A stretch of 64,000 nucleotides of DNA. Source: an archaeon. GTDB lineage: Archaea; Nanobdellota; Nanobdellia; Pacearchaeales; GW2011-AR1. The DNA lies in NCBI GenBank assembly GCA_024278335.1, contig JAJRTJ010000003.1, forward strand, positions 11,586-75,585, written 5' to 3'. The notes under the pieces are model-generated. The model made no database searches. It was not told the origin of the DNA and was given only the letters and a program-made list of their open reading frames with translations. Positions 20,617-30,039 of the stretch are shown one piece after another; positions within the stretch are counted from its first letter, which is position 1, and every line of letters starts with the position of its first letter. A program made the position numbers and the translations under genes.

Positions 20617-20727
20617 ATGGAGAAAAAAGGGGAATTAGAAGAAATGATAAAGATTATTTTATGGATTGCTTTTGCTGTTATTGGAATTTATATAATTAAA
20701 TTGATTTTTGATGGTTTTATAAGATGA
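20617..20727 (+). CDS. 36-aa minimal pilin (not in the ORF track)
   Basis: MEKKG/ELEEMIKIILWIAFAVIGIYIIKLIFDGFIR*. TTTATTAA box upstream; the stop overlaps the next start (ATGA). Confidence 0.85.
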   Translation: MEKKGELEEMIKIILWIAFAVIGIYIIKLIFDGFIR

Positions 20728-21764
20728 GTTGGTCAAAAAATGCAGAGATTTCTACTTCAATGATTATGGGGATTGTTCTTTTAATTTTAGGGGCGGTTTT
20801 GATTTTTCTTGTTTATTCAACTATTGATTGGGGGGGGATAAGCAACAGGGAAGTCTGTCATGCTTCTGTAATGATGAGGGGTTCTATACCTAAAATTGCA
20901 GATTCTAGGAAAGTAGTGCCTTTAAATTGTATTGCAGAGAAATTTTGTATTGGGGGGGAGTGCAAAAAAGATTTGTCTAAAGAAGAGGACTTTGTAAAAG
21001 TAAAAGTTAAAAATGTTAAAGAAATTGAGGAATTTATTTCTCAGGAAATTTTAGATTGCTGGACAATGATGGGGGAGGGAAAAATTTCATTATATTCAGA
21101 TGTTTTGGCAGAAAAAGGATTTGGAATAAAATCTCCGCACTGCCTTATTTGCTCAAAGATATTTTTTGATGAAGAGACATTAAAAGAAAAAGGGATTAAT
21201 CTAGAAGAGGTGGATCTTTTTAATTATATGATTTCTCATAAACCAAAAGGAATAGATAAAACATATTATGAATCCTTGGGGGGAAAAGTTGATGCAAATT
21301 TTTTGGCTAGTTTTAAAAGATTTGGAAGAGGAGGTTCTTTAGAGGAATTAAGTGGGATTCGCACTGAAGATTATGAGGAAGTGAAAGTTCAAAATCCTTC
21401 AGACCCAATGGCAATTGTTTTTAGCCAGATTTTTACTCCAACAAAAGGAGCTGTTTTTGGCAATGATTTAAAGATTATTGCAGTTGGAGCAGTTGGGACA
21501 GGAGCGTTTTTTGGGCCAACTGTTTTAATGAAAGGAACATCTGCTGTTTCTTTTGGAGCTGCTATTTGGGCCACTATTATTGGTTCAGTGACTCTTGGGG
21601 TGCAGATGGGGTTTACAGAGCATAATCGTTATTTAACTGCAGGGTATTGCGGGGTAGTTGCTTCAGGAGAAAAAGCAAAACAAGGATGCAGTATTGTGCA
21701 GGCAATTCCTTATAAAGAAGAAGAATTAAAAAAGCGATGCGGATATTTTGAAGGGGTTTCATAA
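20724..21764 (+). CDS. Pilin-like protein, class III signal peptide
   Basis: KNA/EIS plus hydrophobic helix; several Cys; an internal Gly/Ala-rich hydrophobic hairpin. Confidence 0.82.
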   Translation: MSWSKNAEISTSMIMGIVLLILGAVLIFLVYSTIDWGGISNREVCHASVMMRGSIPKIADSRKVVPLNCIAEKFCIGGECKKDLSKEEDFVKVKVKNVKEIEEFISQEILDCWTMMGEGKISLYSDVLAEKGFGIKSPHCLICSKIFFDEETLKEKGINLEEVDLFNYMISHKPKGIDKTYYESLGGKVDANFLASFKRFGRGGSLEELSGIRTEDYEEVKVQNPSDPMAIVFSQIFTPTKGAVFGNDLKIIAVGAVGTGAFFGPTVLMKGTSAVSFGAAIWATIIGSVTLGVQMGFTEHNRYLTAGYCGVVASGEKAKQGCSIVQAIPYKEEELKKRCGYFEGVS

Positions 21765-21833
21765 TAAAAAGAACCTCTCTCCCTTGCAGAGAAAATCGCA
21801 AAGTTTTATAATACAGATTCTTTTATTTAGGCT

Positions 21834-22217
21834 ATGAAAAAAAGAGGAGAAATTACCTTGCCTTTTTTGATTTTTTTAGTTCTTACTGTTATTTTTCTTG
21901 TCATACTTTTTTATTTTGTCTATGCTGCGTCTTCAGGAGCATTTATTTATGAACAAATTTATGCAAAAAAAATTGCACTTGCTATCGATTCCTCTGTTCC
22001 TGAAACAGAAATCTTTCTTGATGTTGGTTCTGCCTTAGAAACTGCAAAAAAATCAAAAACAGAGCCAAAGTTTATCATTGATGACAAAAAAGGAATTGTT
22101 TTTGTCTCTCTTGGAAGCAGAAAGGGCTTTAGTTACCCTTTTTTTTCAAATTATTCTGTATCTTCTGAAATTTATGCTAAAACCCATAATTTAAAATTAG
22201 TGGTGAAAGAAAAATGA
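21834..22217 (+). CDS. Pilin-like protein, class III signal peptide
   Basis: MKKRG/EIT plus hydrophobic helix. Confidence 0.85.
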   Translation: MKKRGEITLPFLIFLVLTVIFLVILFYFVYAASSGAFIYEQIYAKKIALAIDSSVPETEIFLDVGSALETAKKSKTEPKFIIDDKKGIVFVSLGSRKGFSYPFFSNYSVSSEIYAKTHNLKLVVKEK

Positions 22218-22723
22218 TTTTAGGGAAAAAAGCAGGAGAGAAGATTCTTTCTATTTGGTGGTTTGCTGTTTTGGTTTTTATTGCAGCAGGAATTCTTTCA
22301 GGAGTTTTTATGTTTTATAATTTAGAAGGAGATGTAAGATTGCTTCATGCTAAGATTCTTAATGAAAAAGTTTTTGACTGTATTGAGGAAAATGGGTTTC
22401 TTGTTGATGGCTGGATGTCTGCAGATAGAGGTTTGGCAAAAAAAATGTTTAGGGAAAAATGTAAATTTAGAGCAAGTCCAGATGTTTATATCCGGCTGAC
22501 CATTGGCAATAGTCCTCAAGAGCTTGTATTTGGCGGGCTTTCTATGAAAGAAGACTGCAAACTGCGTCTTGATGGAAAGACAAAATTGTCAAAATATTTT
22601 CCTCAGTGTTATGAAGAAAAAAGAAACCTTATTTATTTTAAATCTGGAGAAAGGAAAATTATTGATGTTGAAGTTCTTGTTGGAATTAAATCTTTGGGAG
22701 AGAGAACAGGGAAATTAAAATGA
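22214..22723 (+). CDS. Pilin-like protein, class III signal peptide
   Basis: KKAGEK plus hydrophobic helix; ATGA-coupled to its neighbours. Confidence 0.8.
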   Translation: MILGKKAGEKILSIWWFAVLVFIAAGILSGVFMFYNLEGDVRLLHAKILNEKVFDCIEENGFLVDGWMSADRGLAKKMFREKCKFRASPDVYIRLTIGNSPQELVFGGLSMKEDCKLRLDGKTKLSKYFPQCYEEKRNLIYFKSGERKIIDVEVLVGIKSLGERTGKLK

Positions 22724-23256
22724 TTTTTAAAAAAGCCCAGCTTGCAGACACCTTGCACTGGATTCCTGCAGTAATTATTATTTTCTTAATAATAATTCTT
22801 TTTCTTTTTTTTGCAGGGATAATGACTGGAGAGAGGATTATTAAAGGAAACAAAAATGTTTTGAATACAAATCTTGCACAAGGGGCTTTAAATTCTTATT
22901 TTGAATTAAAGAATTTTTTAGAAGCTCCTGTTGGAAATGGGCAGAATATTATGAAAGATTATGTTTTTTTATGGGCAATGTCTGTTAGAGAAAGAAATCC
23001 CGATTCAAAGAAATTGGAGGGATTTATAGATAATTGGGCAAAGCAAACTTTTTTTGGAGGAGAGCTGATTCTTGAATATGGTGGAGTTAAAATCATTAAA
23101 CAACTAAATGGAAGATTAAAGGAAAACGCAGAAATTAAAATTCCTTTTTTAGATTCTTCAATTAGCGTTAAAATTGAAAAAATGTCAGAGGAAGATGAAG
23201 CAAGCAGGAAAATTGGAGAGGCGTTTAGTGAATTAGGAAATGTTGGAGGTATTTAG
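22720..23256 (+). CDS. Pilin-like protein, class III signal peptide
   Basis: KKA/QL plus hydrophobic helix. Confidence 0.85.
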   Translation: MIFKKAQLADTLHWIPAVIIIFLIIILFLFFAGIMTGERIIKGNKNVLNTNLAQGALNSYFELKNFLEAPVGNGQNIMKDYVFLWAMSVRERNPDSKKLEGFIDNWAKQTFFGGELILEYGGVKIIKQLNGRLKENAEIKIPFLDSSISVKIEKMSEEDEASRKIGEAFSELGNVGGI

Positions 23257-24054
23257 ATGAAAAATAAAAAAGGCTCGCAAAGTTTGGCAATTGTTTTTTT
23301 AGTTATAGCAACACTTGTTTTGTCGGGATATACTTTGTTTAGATTTAATGTTGGCTCTTCTTTTATTCAAGAATCTTTTGACTCTTTCTCTGTTTTTGAA
23401 GAGGAGAATCAAGGATTAACTTCTTTGAAAGAAATTTTTTATTTAACTGGAGAAAGCCTTGTTGCTGAAGAATATGAGAAATTTGCACAGCAAGGAGGAT
23501 ATATTAATGGAAAAAGAATTATCAAGGGGCAGGCTTATCCTGGCTTTACGGGGGTCTGGGATGATTCTCGTATCAGCAAAGATTTTTCTCCTTTGCTTGA
23601 TTCAGCATTTAAGCAAAGAGGCAGGGAATTTAATCTTTTAAATGCAGATAAATTAAATAAAGAAATAGGAATCTGGTTTGAAAAAGATTTGAAAATTGAT
23701 TATTCTTTTGGAAAGATTTTTGTCAAATTTCCTCAAGACAAGCCAAAAGCAAGCCTTTCTGAAGAAATCGTTGTCAGAAGAATCTCTCCTTTGATTGTTG
23801 AATATGATTTAAGAAAAATTGGACTGCACGGATTTAAAGAAATTTTTTCTGCAAAAGAAAAATGCTCTGCTCAAAAATCTGAGAGAGAAATTCAGGATTG
23901 TTTTAATGAGGAGTTGTTTAATTTTAATGTTGTTTGCAGGGATTTTGTCTGGGAAAATGGAAAAGCAAAATCTTTTGTTGTAGAGATTGAATCTAAGAGG
24001 GAATTTTTTATTCAAAACCAAATGAGAAAAATCAAGTTTGGGTTTGTGAAATAG
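23257..24054 (+). CDS. Pilin-like protein, class III signal peptide
   Basis: KKG/SQS plus hydrophobic helix. Confidence 0.8.
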   Translation: MKNKKGSQSLAIVFLVIATLVLSGYTLFRFNVGSSFIQESFDSFSVFEEENQGLTSLKEIFYLTGESLVAEEYEKFAQQGGYINGKRIIKGQAYPGFTGVWDDSRISKDFSPLLDSAFKQRGREFNLLNADKLNKEIGIWFEKDLKIDYSFGKIFVKFPQDKPKASLSEEIVVRRISPLIVEYDLRKIGLHGFKEIFSAKEKCSAQKSEREIQDCFNEELFNFNVVCRDFVWENGKAKSFVVEIESKREFFIQNQMRKIKFGFVK

Positions 24055-24091
24055 AGGAAACATTTAAAAATAAAAAAGTGTTAAATAAAAC

Positions 24092-24559
24092 ATGAAAAAG
24101 ATGGTTGATAAGAGGGCTCAAACTCAATGGGAGATTACTGGCTGGATTTTGGCTCTTTTGATTTTAGTTGCAGTTGGGATAATTGTTTATTATTTTATGC
24201 AATCTACTGGGGATATTACTGATAATATGATTAAAAAAGCAGAAGTAATTGCACAAACTTGTTCTGGATTGGCTTCACCTGAATTTGTTAATTCTTATTG
24301 TTTGCAGTTAAGGGAAATTGATAAAAAGCGGTATGTTACGTGTTATAGTTTGACTGATAAATCAAATCGGGATTATGAAGAGTTTGGAATATATATTCCT
24401 GATTCAGATGTTATGAACTCTGAATGTGCAAATCCCGAGGTTTCTGCAGCGCTTAAAAAAGTTGCTATTTTAAAATGCAAGGAATTGAAAAAAGAAACTT
24501 CTACAGATGTTTTTATTGCAGGAAAGACTTGTAATAAATGGGGGGGGGCAAGACCCTAG
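24092..24559 (+). CDS. Pilin-like protein, class III signal peptide
   Basis: KRA/QTQWE (Glu at +5) plus hydrophobic helix; several Cys; has its own promoter box. Confidence 0.87.
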   Translation: MKKMVDKRAQTQWEITGWILALLILVAVGIIVYYFMQSTGDITDNMIKKAEVIAQTCSGLASPEFVNSYCLQLREIDKKRYVTCYSLTDKSNRDYEEFGIYIPDSDVMNSECANPEVSAALKKVAILKCKELKKETSTDVFIAGKTCNKWGGARP

Positions 24560-24905
24560 AGAAAAGGTAGGGGGAGAAAGTATATAAGGGAACAGGTGGT
24601 ATTTCCGCTCAAAAATAGAACTTTCTTAAATCAGAAATTATTCAAATTTACAATTTTAATTTTGAAAAAAGAAATTTGCAATTTTTGGTTTTGTCTTTTA
24701 ACAGATGAAGATTCTTTCACAAATTATTTAAATTCTAATCCCCTTTATTATTTATGGCACGAGGGGATTCTGAAAGACGCAATAAGAAAAAAGACAAAAA
24801 GAGGGAAAAGAAAAAACATCCTTATAAAAAAGGCGGGAAATATAGAAGCACGAGTATTAAGGCATAGACAGATAGTTTTTTAATTAGTTCTGCTTTTTAG
24901 TAAAT

Positions 24906-25748
24906 ATGTTTGCAATAGAGGTGATGGTTTTAATTATTCTTGGATTGATTTGGATAGTTTTTGCTTCAATTGAGGATTTAAAAACAAAAGAAGTTGCAGA
25001 CTGGCTTAATTTTTCTTTGATTATTTTTGCGCTGGGGTTTAGGTTTTTTTGGAGTTTGTTTGCTTCTGAAAATTTTATGTTTTTTTATCAGGGATTAGCT
25101 GGGTTGGGAATTTTTTTTATTTTAGGAAATTTATTTTATTATTCGCGAATGTTTGCTGGAGGAGATGCAAAATTAATGATTGCCCTTGGACCAATACTTG
25201 CATTTTCAGAATCTTTTGCTGTTAATGTTAAAATCTTTGCAAGCTTTATTTTTGTTTTCTTTTTTATTGGGGCAGTTTATGGATTAGTTGGGAGTTTTGT
25301 TTTAATGACTAAAAATTGGAGGGAATTTAAAAAAGAGTTTAAAAAGCAGTTTAATAAATTTAGAAGCAGGGCTTTTTTAACTATGGTTCTTGGACTGGTT
25401 TTAATGATTGGAGGATTTGTGATTTTGGAATTTTTGTTTTTTGGTGTTTTTGTTTTTCTTTTGCCTTTGCTTTTTGTTTTTGCCAAGGCAGTTGATTTGG
25501 CTGGAATGGTTAAGGAAATTCCAGCTTCTCAGTTGAGGGAAGGCGACTGGATTTTTAAGGGAATTAAGATTGGAGAAAAAATGATTAAATCTAAATGGGA
25601 TGGAGTTAATAGAGAAGAGGTTGAGTTAATAAAGAGATATAGGAAAAAAATCAAGATTAGGGAAGGAATTCCATTTGTGCCTGTTTTTTTGTTTAGTTAT
25701 CTGGTTTTGTTATTTTTGATTGAAACAGATTTTTGGAAATTGTTTTGA
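24906..25748 (+). CDS. Prepilin peptidase (A24, PibD/FlaK-like)
   Basis: ASIEDLK and GGDAKL aspartate motifs, C-terminal IPFVP, multi-TM. Confidence 0.93.
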   Translation: MFAIEVMVLIILGLIWIVFASIEDLKTKEVADWLNFSLIIFALGFRFFWSLFASENFMFFYQGLAGLGIFFILGNLFYYSRMFAGGDAKLMIALGPILAFSESFAVNVKIFASFIFVFFFIGAVYGLVGSFVLMTKNWREFKKEFKKQFNKFRSRAFLTMVLGLVLMIGGFVILEFLFFGVFVFLLPLLFVFAKAVDLAGMVKEIPASQLREGDWIFKGIKIGEKMIKSKWDGVNREEVELIKRYRKKIKIREGIPFVPVFLFSYLVLLFLIETDFWKLF

Positions 25749-25755
25749 GAATTAG

Positions 25756-26427
25756 TTAAGGAATTCTTTTTGGAAGCCAGATTTTTTGTTTTTTAGAATC
25801 TTTTTTCAAAGAAGTTTTTTTAACTGGTTTTTTTCTTGGCTTTGTTTTTAATTTTTCCTGAAGTTGTTTTAATTCTTTTTCTTGGGCTTTTGTTCTTTGA
25901 GAATCTGGAGCTTCATTTTCATGAATTGGAAGAACATTTAAGATTTCATGCCCAAAAAGATTTTCAGAGTAAATCTTAACTTCTTTTGGCTTGAATTTTG
26001 TTTTTATTTTTTTAGCAATTTTTTTAGCAAGAGTGAATGCAGTTGGAGGAAGTTTTTCAGAGGATTTTATGTGCTCTTTTGGGACAATTAAGACATGGGC
26101 TTTTGAGATTGGATTAATCTCCAACACAGCAATTGAATCTTTGTTTTCATCTATTTTGTAAGAGGGAATTTGCTGATTAATAATTGAACAAAAAATACAT
26201 TGCTGGGCAGGAGAAGGGGCAGGGGAGTCTTGAGGGGGGGAGTTTTGGGAGGACTGGTTTTCTGAAATTTGAATTAATTTGTTTTGGATAAGAAATTGCT
26301 CAAACTGCTCGTCAGACATTGATTTTAGCTGTTTTATTGCAAGAGCCTGCTTGTCTTTTGGAAAGGTTGCCTTTATTTGTCTGATTAATTGTTTTTTTAT
26401 CTGGGGTATTTGGGATTTTGGTATCAT
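25756..26427 (-). CDS. HIT family protein with N-terminal extension
   Basis: CIFC, INPISKAHVLIVPKEH; the histidine triad is degenerate (HEILN). Confidence 0.85.
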   Translation of the reverse strand: MIPKSQIPQIKKQLIRQIKATFPKDKQALAIKQLKSMSDEQFEQFLIQNKLIQISENQSSQNSPPQDSPAPSPAQQCIFCSIINQQIPSYKIDENKDSIAVLEINPISKAHVLIVPKEHIKSSEKLPPTAFTLAKKIAKKIKTKFKPKEVKIYSENLFGHEILNVLPIHENEAPDSQRTKAQEKELKQLQEKLKTKPRKKPVKKTSLKKDSKKQKIWLPKRIP

Positions 26428-26828
26428 TTTATGAGTAATTTAGTTAAGATGTTTTCTAGTTTTTTAATTATTTGGATAAAAAACTTTTCATTATTTTTTA
26501 AGTAGGAGGGGGAGGTTTCTTTTCCATAGTAACCACTATTGTTTCTTTTTATCCTTAATTCATTTATTAAGAAATGTTCTTGAGAATTTAATATTTCTTT
26601 TTTATGTAATTCTTTGATTAGTTCTTTGTGTGCGTTTGTTCCAATTGTTTTAAATCCATAGCAATATCCTATTGCAGTTAATAATTCCTTAATTATTTCA
26701 TAGTAGTTTTCGCAGATTATTGAAGGAAAATTTGATTGTTTAATGAATTTGAAAGATTCTTTTCTTTTTGTTATTATTTTTTTCATTGATTTGGCTCTTT
26801 CTTTGTCTGGAGAGATTTTGAGTATCAT
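26424..26828 (-). CDS. HEPN-domain protein (toxin of MNT-HEPN pair 1)
   Basis: Helical; LRIKRNNSGYYG motif; ATGA-coupled to the MNT gene. Confidence 0.8.
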   Translation of the reverse strand: MILKISPDKERAKSMKKIITKRKESFKFIKQSNFPSIICENYYEIIKELLTAIGYCYGFKTIGTNAHKELIKELHKKEILNSQEHFLINELRIKRNNSGYYGKETSPSYLKNNEKFFIQIIKKLENILTKLLIK

Positions 26829-27346
26829 AGTATTTTTAAATATCCCTTTAAAATTATTCCATTTATTAAATTATTTTTTAACTCTTTTGGAATGTTTTTT
26901 AATTCATCTTGAAATAATTGGATTTCTTGGGAAAATTTTTCTTGATATTTTGAGATATTTATTTTTTTCTTTTTTCCAATTATGAATACATCAATATCTG
27001 ATTGTTCTGTTGCTTCGCCTTTTGCATAACTTCCAAATAAAATAATTGCTTCTGGAGAGAGGGTATCCCAAAGATAGTCAATAAGCCCTGATTTGAATAA
27101 TTCATATTGGATAGAGATTTTTTGAAATAGTTTAAATTCTTTTTTATCTATTATTGCTTGATATTTTGGAATTTTTTCATAATAAAATGTTTGAATAAGT
27201 TTCTTTTTTTCAAGTTCTTTTAAGTGTCTTTTAACTGCTGTTGGAGAGAGATTTATTTCTCTTGCTATTTGTCTTAATCCAAATTCTTTTGTGGGGTTCT
27301 CTAAAAATATTTTTAATACCTTATAAGTGTTATTTTTTTCAAACAT
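26825..27346 (-). CDS. wHTH + minimal nucleotidyltransferase (MNT antitoxin 1)
   Basis: GLRQIAREINLSPTAVKRHL HTH; LFGSYAKG…SDIDV. Confidence 0.9.
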   Translation of the reverse strand: MFEKNNTYKVLKIFLENPTKEFGLRQIAREINLSPTAVKRHLKELEKKKLIQTFYYEKIPKYQAIIDKKEFKLFQKISIQYELFKSGLIDYLWDTLSPEAIILFGSYAKGEATEQSDIDVFIIGKKKKINISKYQEKFSQEIQLFQDELKNIPKELKNNLINGIILKGYLKIL

Positions 27347-27468
27347 ATGTTCTTTTTAGTTTACAAGTGTTTTTAAATGTTTACATTTATTTTTTTTGGA
27401 ATTTTTACTTTTGATTTGAGCAATGATTTGTTTTTTTATTTGAGGGATTTGAGATTTTGGTAACATGT

Positions 27469-27984
27469 TCATATTCCCGCGCCTGCATTAACATAATGAG
27501 ATTTTTCTTTTTTCAAAGATTTATTCAGGCTTTTATCAAAAATAAATGCTAAAAGAGAAATTAAGAAAAATCCTATAAGGATGTTGCTGTCTGCTTCCGG
27601 AGATTTTTTATTTATAAAATAAATTCCAAAAATAAAGTAGCCTGCAATAAAAATTCTCCTTATTGTAGATGTGATTTTAAGCTGATGAATAAAAACAAGC
27701 ATAATAAAAAAAGGAATTAATAAAAGTATTAACATCCCAAAATAGCTGTAAGACAACAACAAAGGGGCAATTTGATTTTTTGTTAAATAAAATGTTGAAA
27801 GAATGGAAATTGCAAGTGCAAGTATTGCAGGAATTCCTGAGTTGTTTTTTCCAAAGAACTGTCCTTTTTTTAAAATTGAAAATACAATAATAAAAACCAG
27901 AAAAAAAAGCGCAATATAAATAACTGCTTCTTGGTTGTCTTGAAAAAGATATTGAAGATTATAAAATCCTTGTTCAAATCCCAT
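27469..27984 (-). CDS. Multi-pass membrane protein (paralog family A)
   Basis: FFLVFIIVFSILKK…IPAILALAISIL, similar to 9715 and 10297. Confidence 0.7.
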   Translation of the reverse strand: MGFEQGFYNLQYLFQDNQEAVIYIALFFLVFIIVFSILKKGQFFGKNNSGIPAILALAISILSTFYLTKNQIAPLLLSYSYFGMLILLLIPFFIMLVFIHQLKITSTIRRIFIAGYFIFGIYFINKKSPEADSNILIGFFLISLLAFIFDKSLNKSLKKEKSHYVNAGAGI

Positions 27985-28030
27985 GAATTGTTTTATAAAA
28001 GGTTGTTTATATATTTTTTCTTAAGAGTCA

Positions 28031-28120
28031 TTACAAAGGTAATAGCTTTTGGTTACATTTGTAATAGAAAGATTTATAAATGTTTGTTACTAATGTAATT
28101 ATATAAATTTACTTTTGTAA
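28031..28120 (+). promoter_or_regulatory. BRE/TATA promoter flanked by four TTAC-N4-GTAA palindromes
   Basis: Palindromes start at 28031, 28053, 28087 and 28109; GAAAGATTTATAAA at 28067-28080. Confidence 0.75.
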
Positions 28121-28121
28121 T

Positions 28122-28526
28122 ATGAGAATTGAGCAACACAAAGAAGCTTATGAAGAACATTTGAAAAATATTTTTAAGAGTATTGAAGATGGAATAGAAG
28201 AAAACCAGAGAAATTTAGGATTTAATATTTCTCAAGGTTCTGTAGAATTGTTTGCTATTTTTTTGCACCAATTGCATTTAATTGAAGGTTCTGGAGATCA
28301 GTTTGACCATCGGATTTTTAAGAATAAAAATTTAATTGATGAAAAATTATTTTTTGATTTTCCTTTAAAAGAAAAGATTTTAGGATTAATGAGAGAGATT
28401 GAATCAGAGAGAAATGTTTTGTGTTATGGTTCTCGTAAACCCCTGAAAAGAGTAGAGAAAATGGTTGAAAATTTTAATAAATTAAAGGACATTATTGGAG
28501 GTGTTTTGAATGATAAAAAGAAATGA
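28122..28526 (+). CDS. HEPN-like protein (pair 2)
   Basis: ESERNVLCYG motif; overlaps the MNT gene. Confidence 0.7.
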   Translation: MRIEQHKEAYEEHLKNIFKSIEDGIEENQRNLGFNISQGSVELFAIFLHQLHLIEGSGDQFDHRIFKNKNLIDEKLFFDFPLKEKILGLMREIESERNVLCYGSRKPLKRVEKMVENFNKLKDIIGGVLNDKKK

Positions 28527-29124
28527 GATGATTGCTTATGCAATGGATTTTTGTTCTTATCTTGTATCTAAAATTGGAGAAATAGAGAAGATCATCTTGC
28601 ATGGTTCTGTTGCCCGAGGGGATTTTAATAAAGATTCGGATATTGATTTATTCATTGATATTCCGGACATCTCTCTTAAAAATAAAATAATTAAATTAAA
28701 AGATTCTTATTTGGAGACAGAGGCATTTAAAAGATGGAAATTAAAAGGGATTATTAACGAACTTTCTGTTATTGTCGGGAAGCTTGATTCTTCTGAGTGG
28801 GATAATCTGAAAAGAGCTATAGCAAATACAGGGATTGTTCTTTTTTCTAAATATGAAACAGAAGTCAAGGGTCTTGCTCAATATTCTATTTTTGTTTTTG
28901 AAAATATAAAACCAGATTCAAAAAGAATTTCTGTTTATAGAAAATTATTTGGGTTTAAATCAAAAGAAAAAAGTTTTCTTGGAATGATTAAGGAGTTAAA
29001 TGGATTAAGGTTGGGTAAAGGTGTTTTTGCGGTTCCAATAAAAAATTCTTTAAAAATTAAAGATTATTTTAAAGAAAAGAAGGTTAAATTTCAGATTTAT
29101 GATGTTTGGTCAGATAACTTTTAG
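28510..29124 (+). CDS. MNT nucleotidyltransferase with extra C-terminal alpha/beta domain (pair 2)
   Basis: LHGSVARG…SDIDL; no N-terminal HTH; the C-terminal domain looks Cas2/PaaX-like (inference). Confidence 0.85.
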   Translation: MIKRNEMIAYAMDFCSYLVSKIGEIEKIILHGSVARGDFNKDSDIDLFIDIPDISLKNKIIKLKDSYLETEAFKRWKLKGIINELSVIVGKLDSSEWDNLKRAIANTGIVLFSKYETEVKGLAQYSIFVFENIKPDSKRISVYRKLFGFKSKEKSFLGMIKELNGLRLGKGVFAVPIKNSLKIKDYFKEKKVKFQIYDVWSDNF

Positions 29125-29217
29125 TAGTAGTTTATTTTTTCTTCTCATTGAGGCATAATCTCCTCTGTATGGTTCTGGACCAGAAATATTTATAAAGAGT
29201 TTTTCCCTTTTGAAAAT

Positions 29218-29949
29218 ATGAATAAGAGTGTGAAGATTTTAGGCTTGTTTTTAATTGGCTTGTTTTTTGCAAGTTTAGTTGTTAATAGTATTGGGGTTGT
29301 TAGTGCTGAGGATCCTTCTCAGAACAACAAAATTGAAGGTTTCCTTCAAAAAATTGTAGATCTTTTAGAGGAAAAACTAAACCCTTCTTCTGAATCCAAA
29401 GGCTTTTATATTTTTGCGAAGTTTCTGTTTATTCTTTTAATTGTTTTATTTGTTAATTCTGCTATTGATTTAACTGGTTTGGCGGGGAGCAATAAATGGG
29501 CTTCTTGGGTAATTTCTCTAATTTTTGGTATTCTTGCTTTTTGGAGAATTGAGCAAAAAACAATCATTGGGATTTTAACTGGTTATGAAGCTTTTGGCGT
29601 TGCTTTTTCTACCTTTTTGCCCTTTATTTTCTTGGTGGTCATTCTTTTGAATCTGTTTGAAAAAAATCCCCGGATGGCAAGATTTTTGAATGTTCCTTTA
29701 ACGATTGGATTTATTGTATTTCTTGGTTGGAGATGGACGATTGTCTGGGGAAAGGTAGGGAATTTTGGCTGGGCATATTTCATTACAATTGTTTTTTCTA
29801 TTCTTTGGCTTTTTTTTGCTCCTTTTATTATGAAGCAATGGGATAAGGAAGGACATCAGCAGTTAATTGGAGATTATAAAAAACTTGTTGGTCTTGCTTC
29901 TGCAAAGATCAGAGCAGATGCGAGTGTTGTGGGGGGAGGAGATTCTTAG
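29218..29949 (+). CDS. Multi-pass membrane protein with signal peptide (family A-related)
   Basis: …VVSA signal, about 5 TM segments. Confidence 0.75.
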   Translation: MNKSVKILGLFLIGLFFASLVVNSIGVVSAEDPSQNNKIEGFLQKIVDLLEEKLNPSSESKGFYIFAKFLFILLIVLFVNSAIDLTGLAGSNKWASWVISLIFGILAFWRIEQKTIIGILTGYEAFGVAFSTFLPFIFLVVILLNLFEKNPRMARFLNVPLTIGFIVFLGWRWTIVWGKVGNFGWAYFITIVFSILWLFFAPFIMKQWDKEGHQQLIGDYKKLVGLASAKIRADASVVGGGDS

Positions 29950-30039
29950 ATAGTGCAATTTCCTTTTAAATTCTCCATGGGGGTTTACCCCGTAGCTCTG
30001 CTGCGATAAAGTTAATAGTTTGAATAACTAAGTTATTTA

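Noticed and set aside
16717-24559. Diversity-generating retroelement or repeat-mediated pilin shuffling
   Set aside because: No reverse transcriptase, recombinase or near-identical template/variable repeat pair was detected by eye.
24596-24883. 95-aa ORF before the prepilin peptidase
   Set aside because: GTG start, no class III signal and no motif; it cannot be supported as a gene.
28510-29124. Cas2-like domain suggesting CRISPR-Cas
   Set aside because: No repeat-spacer array and no other cas genes are visible anywhere in the window.
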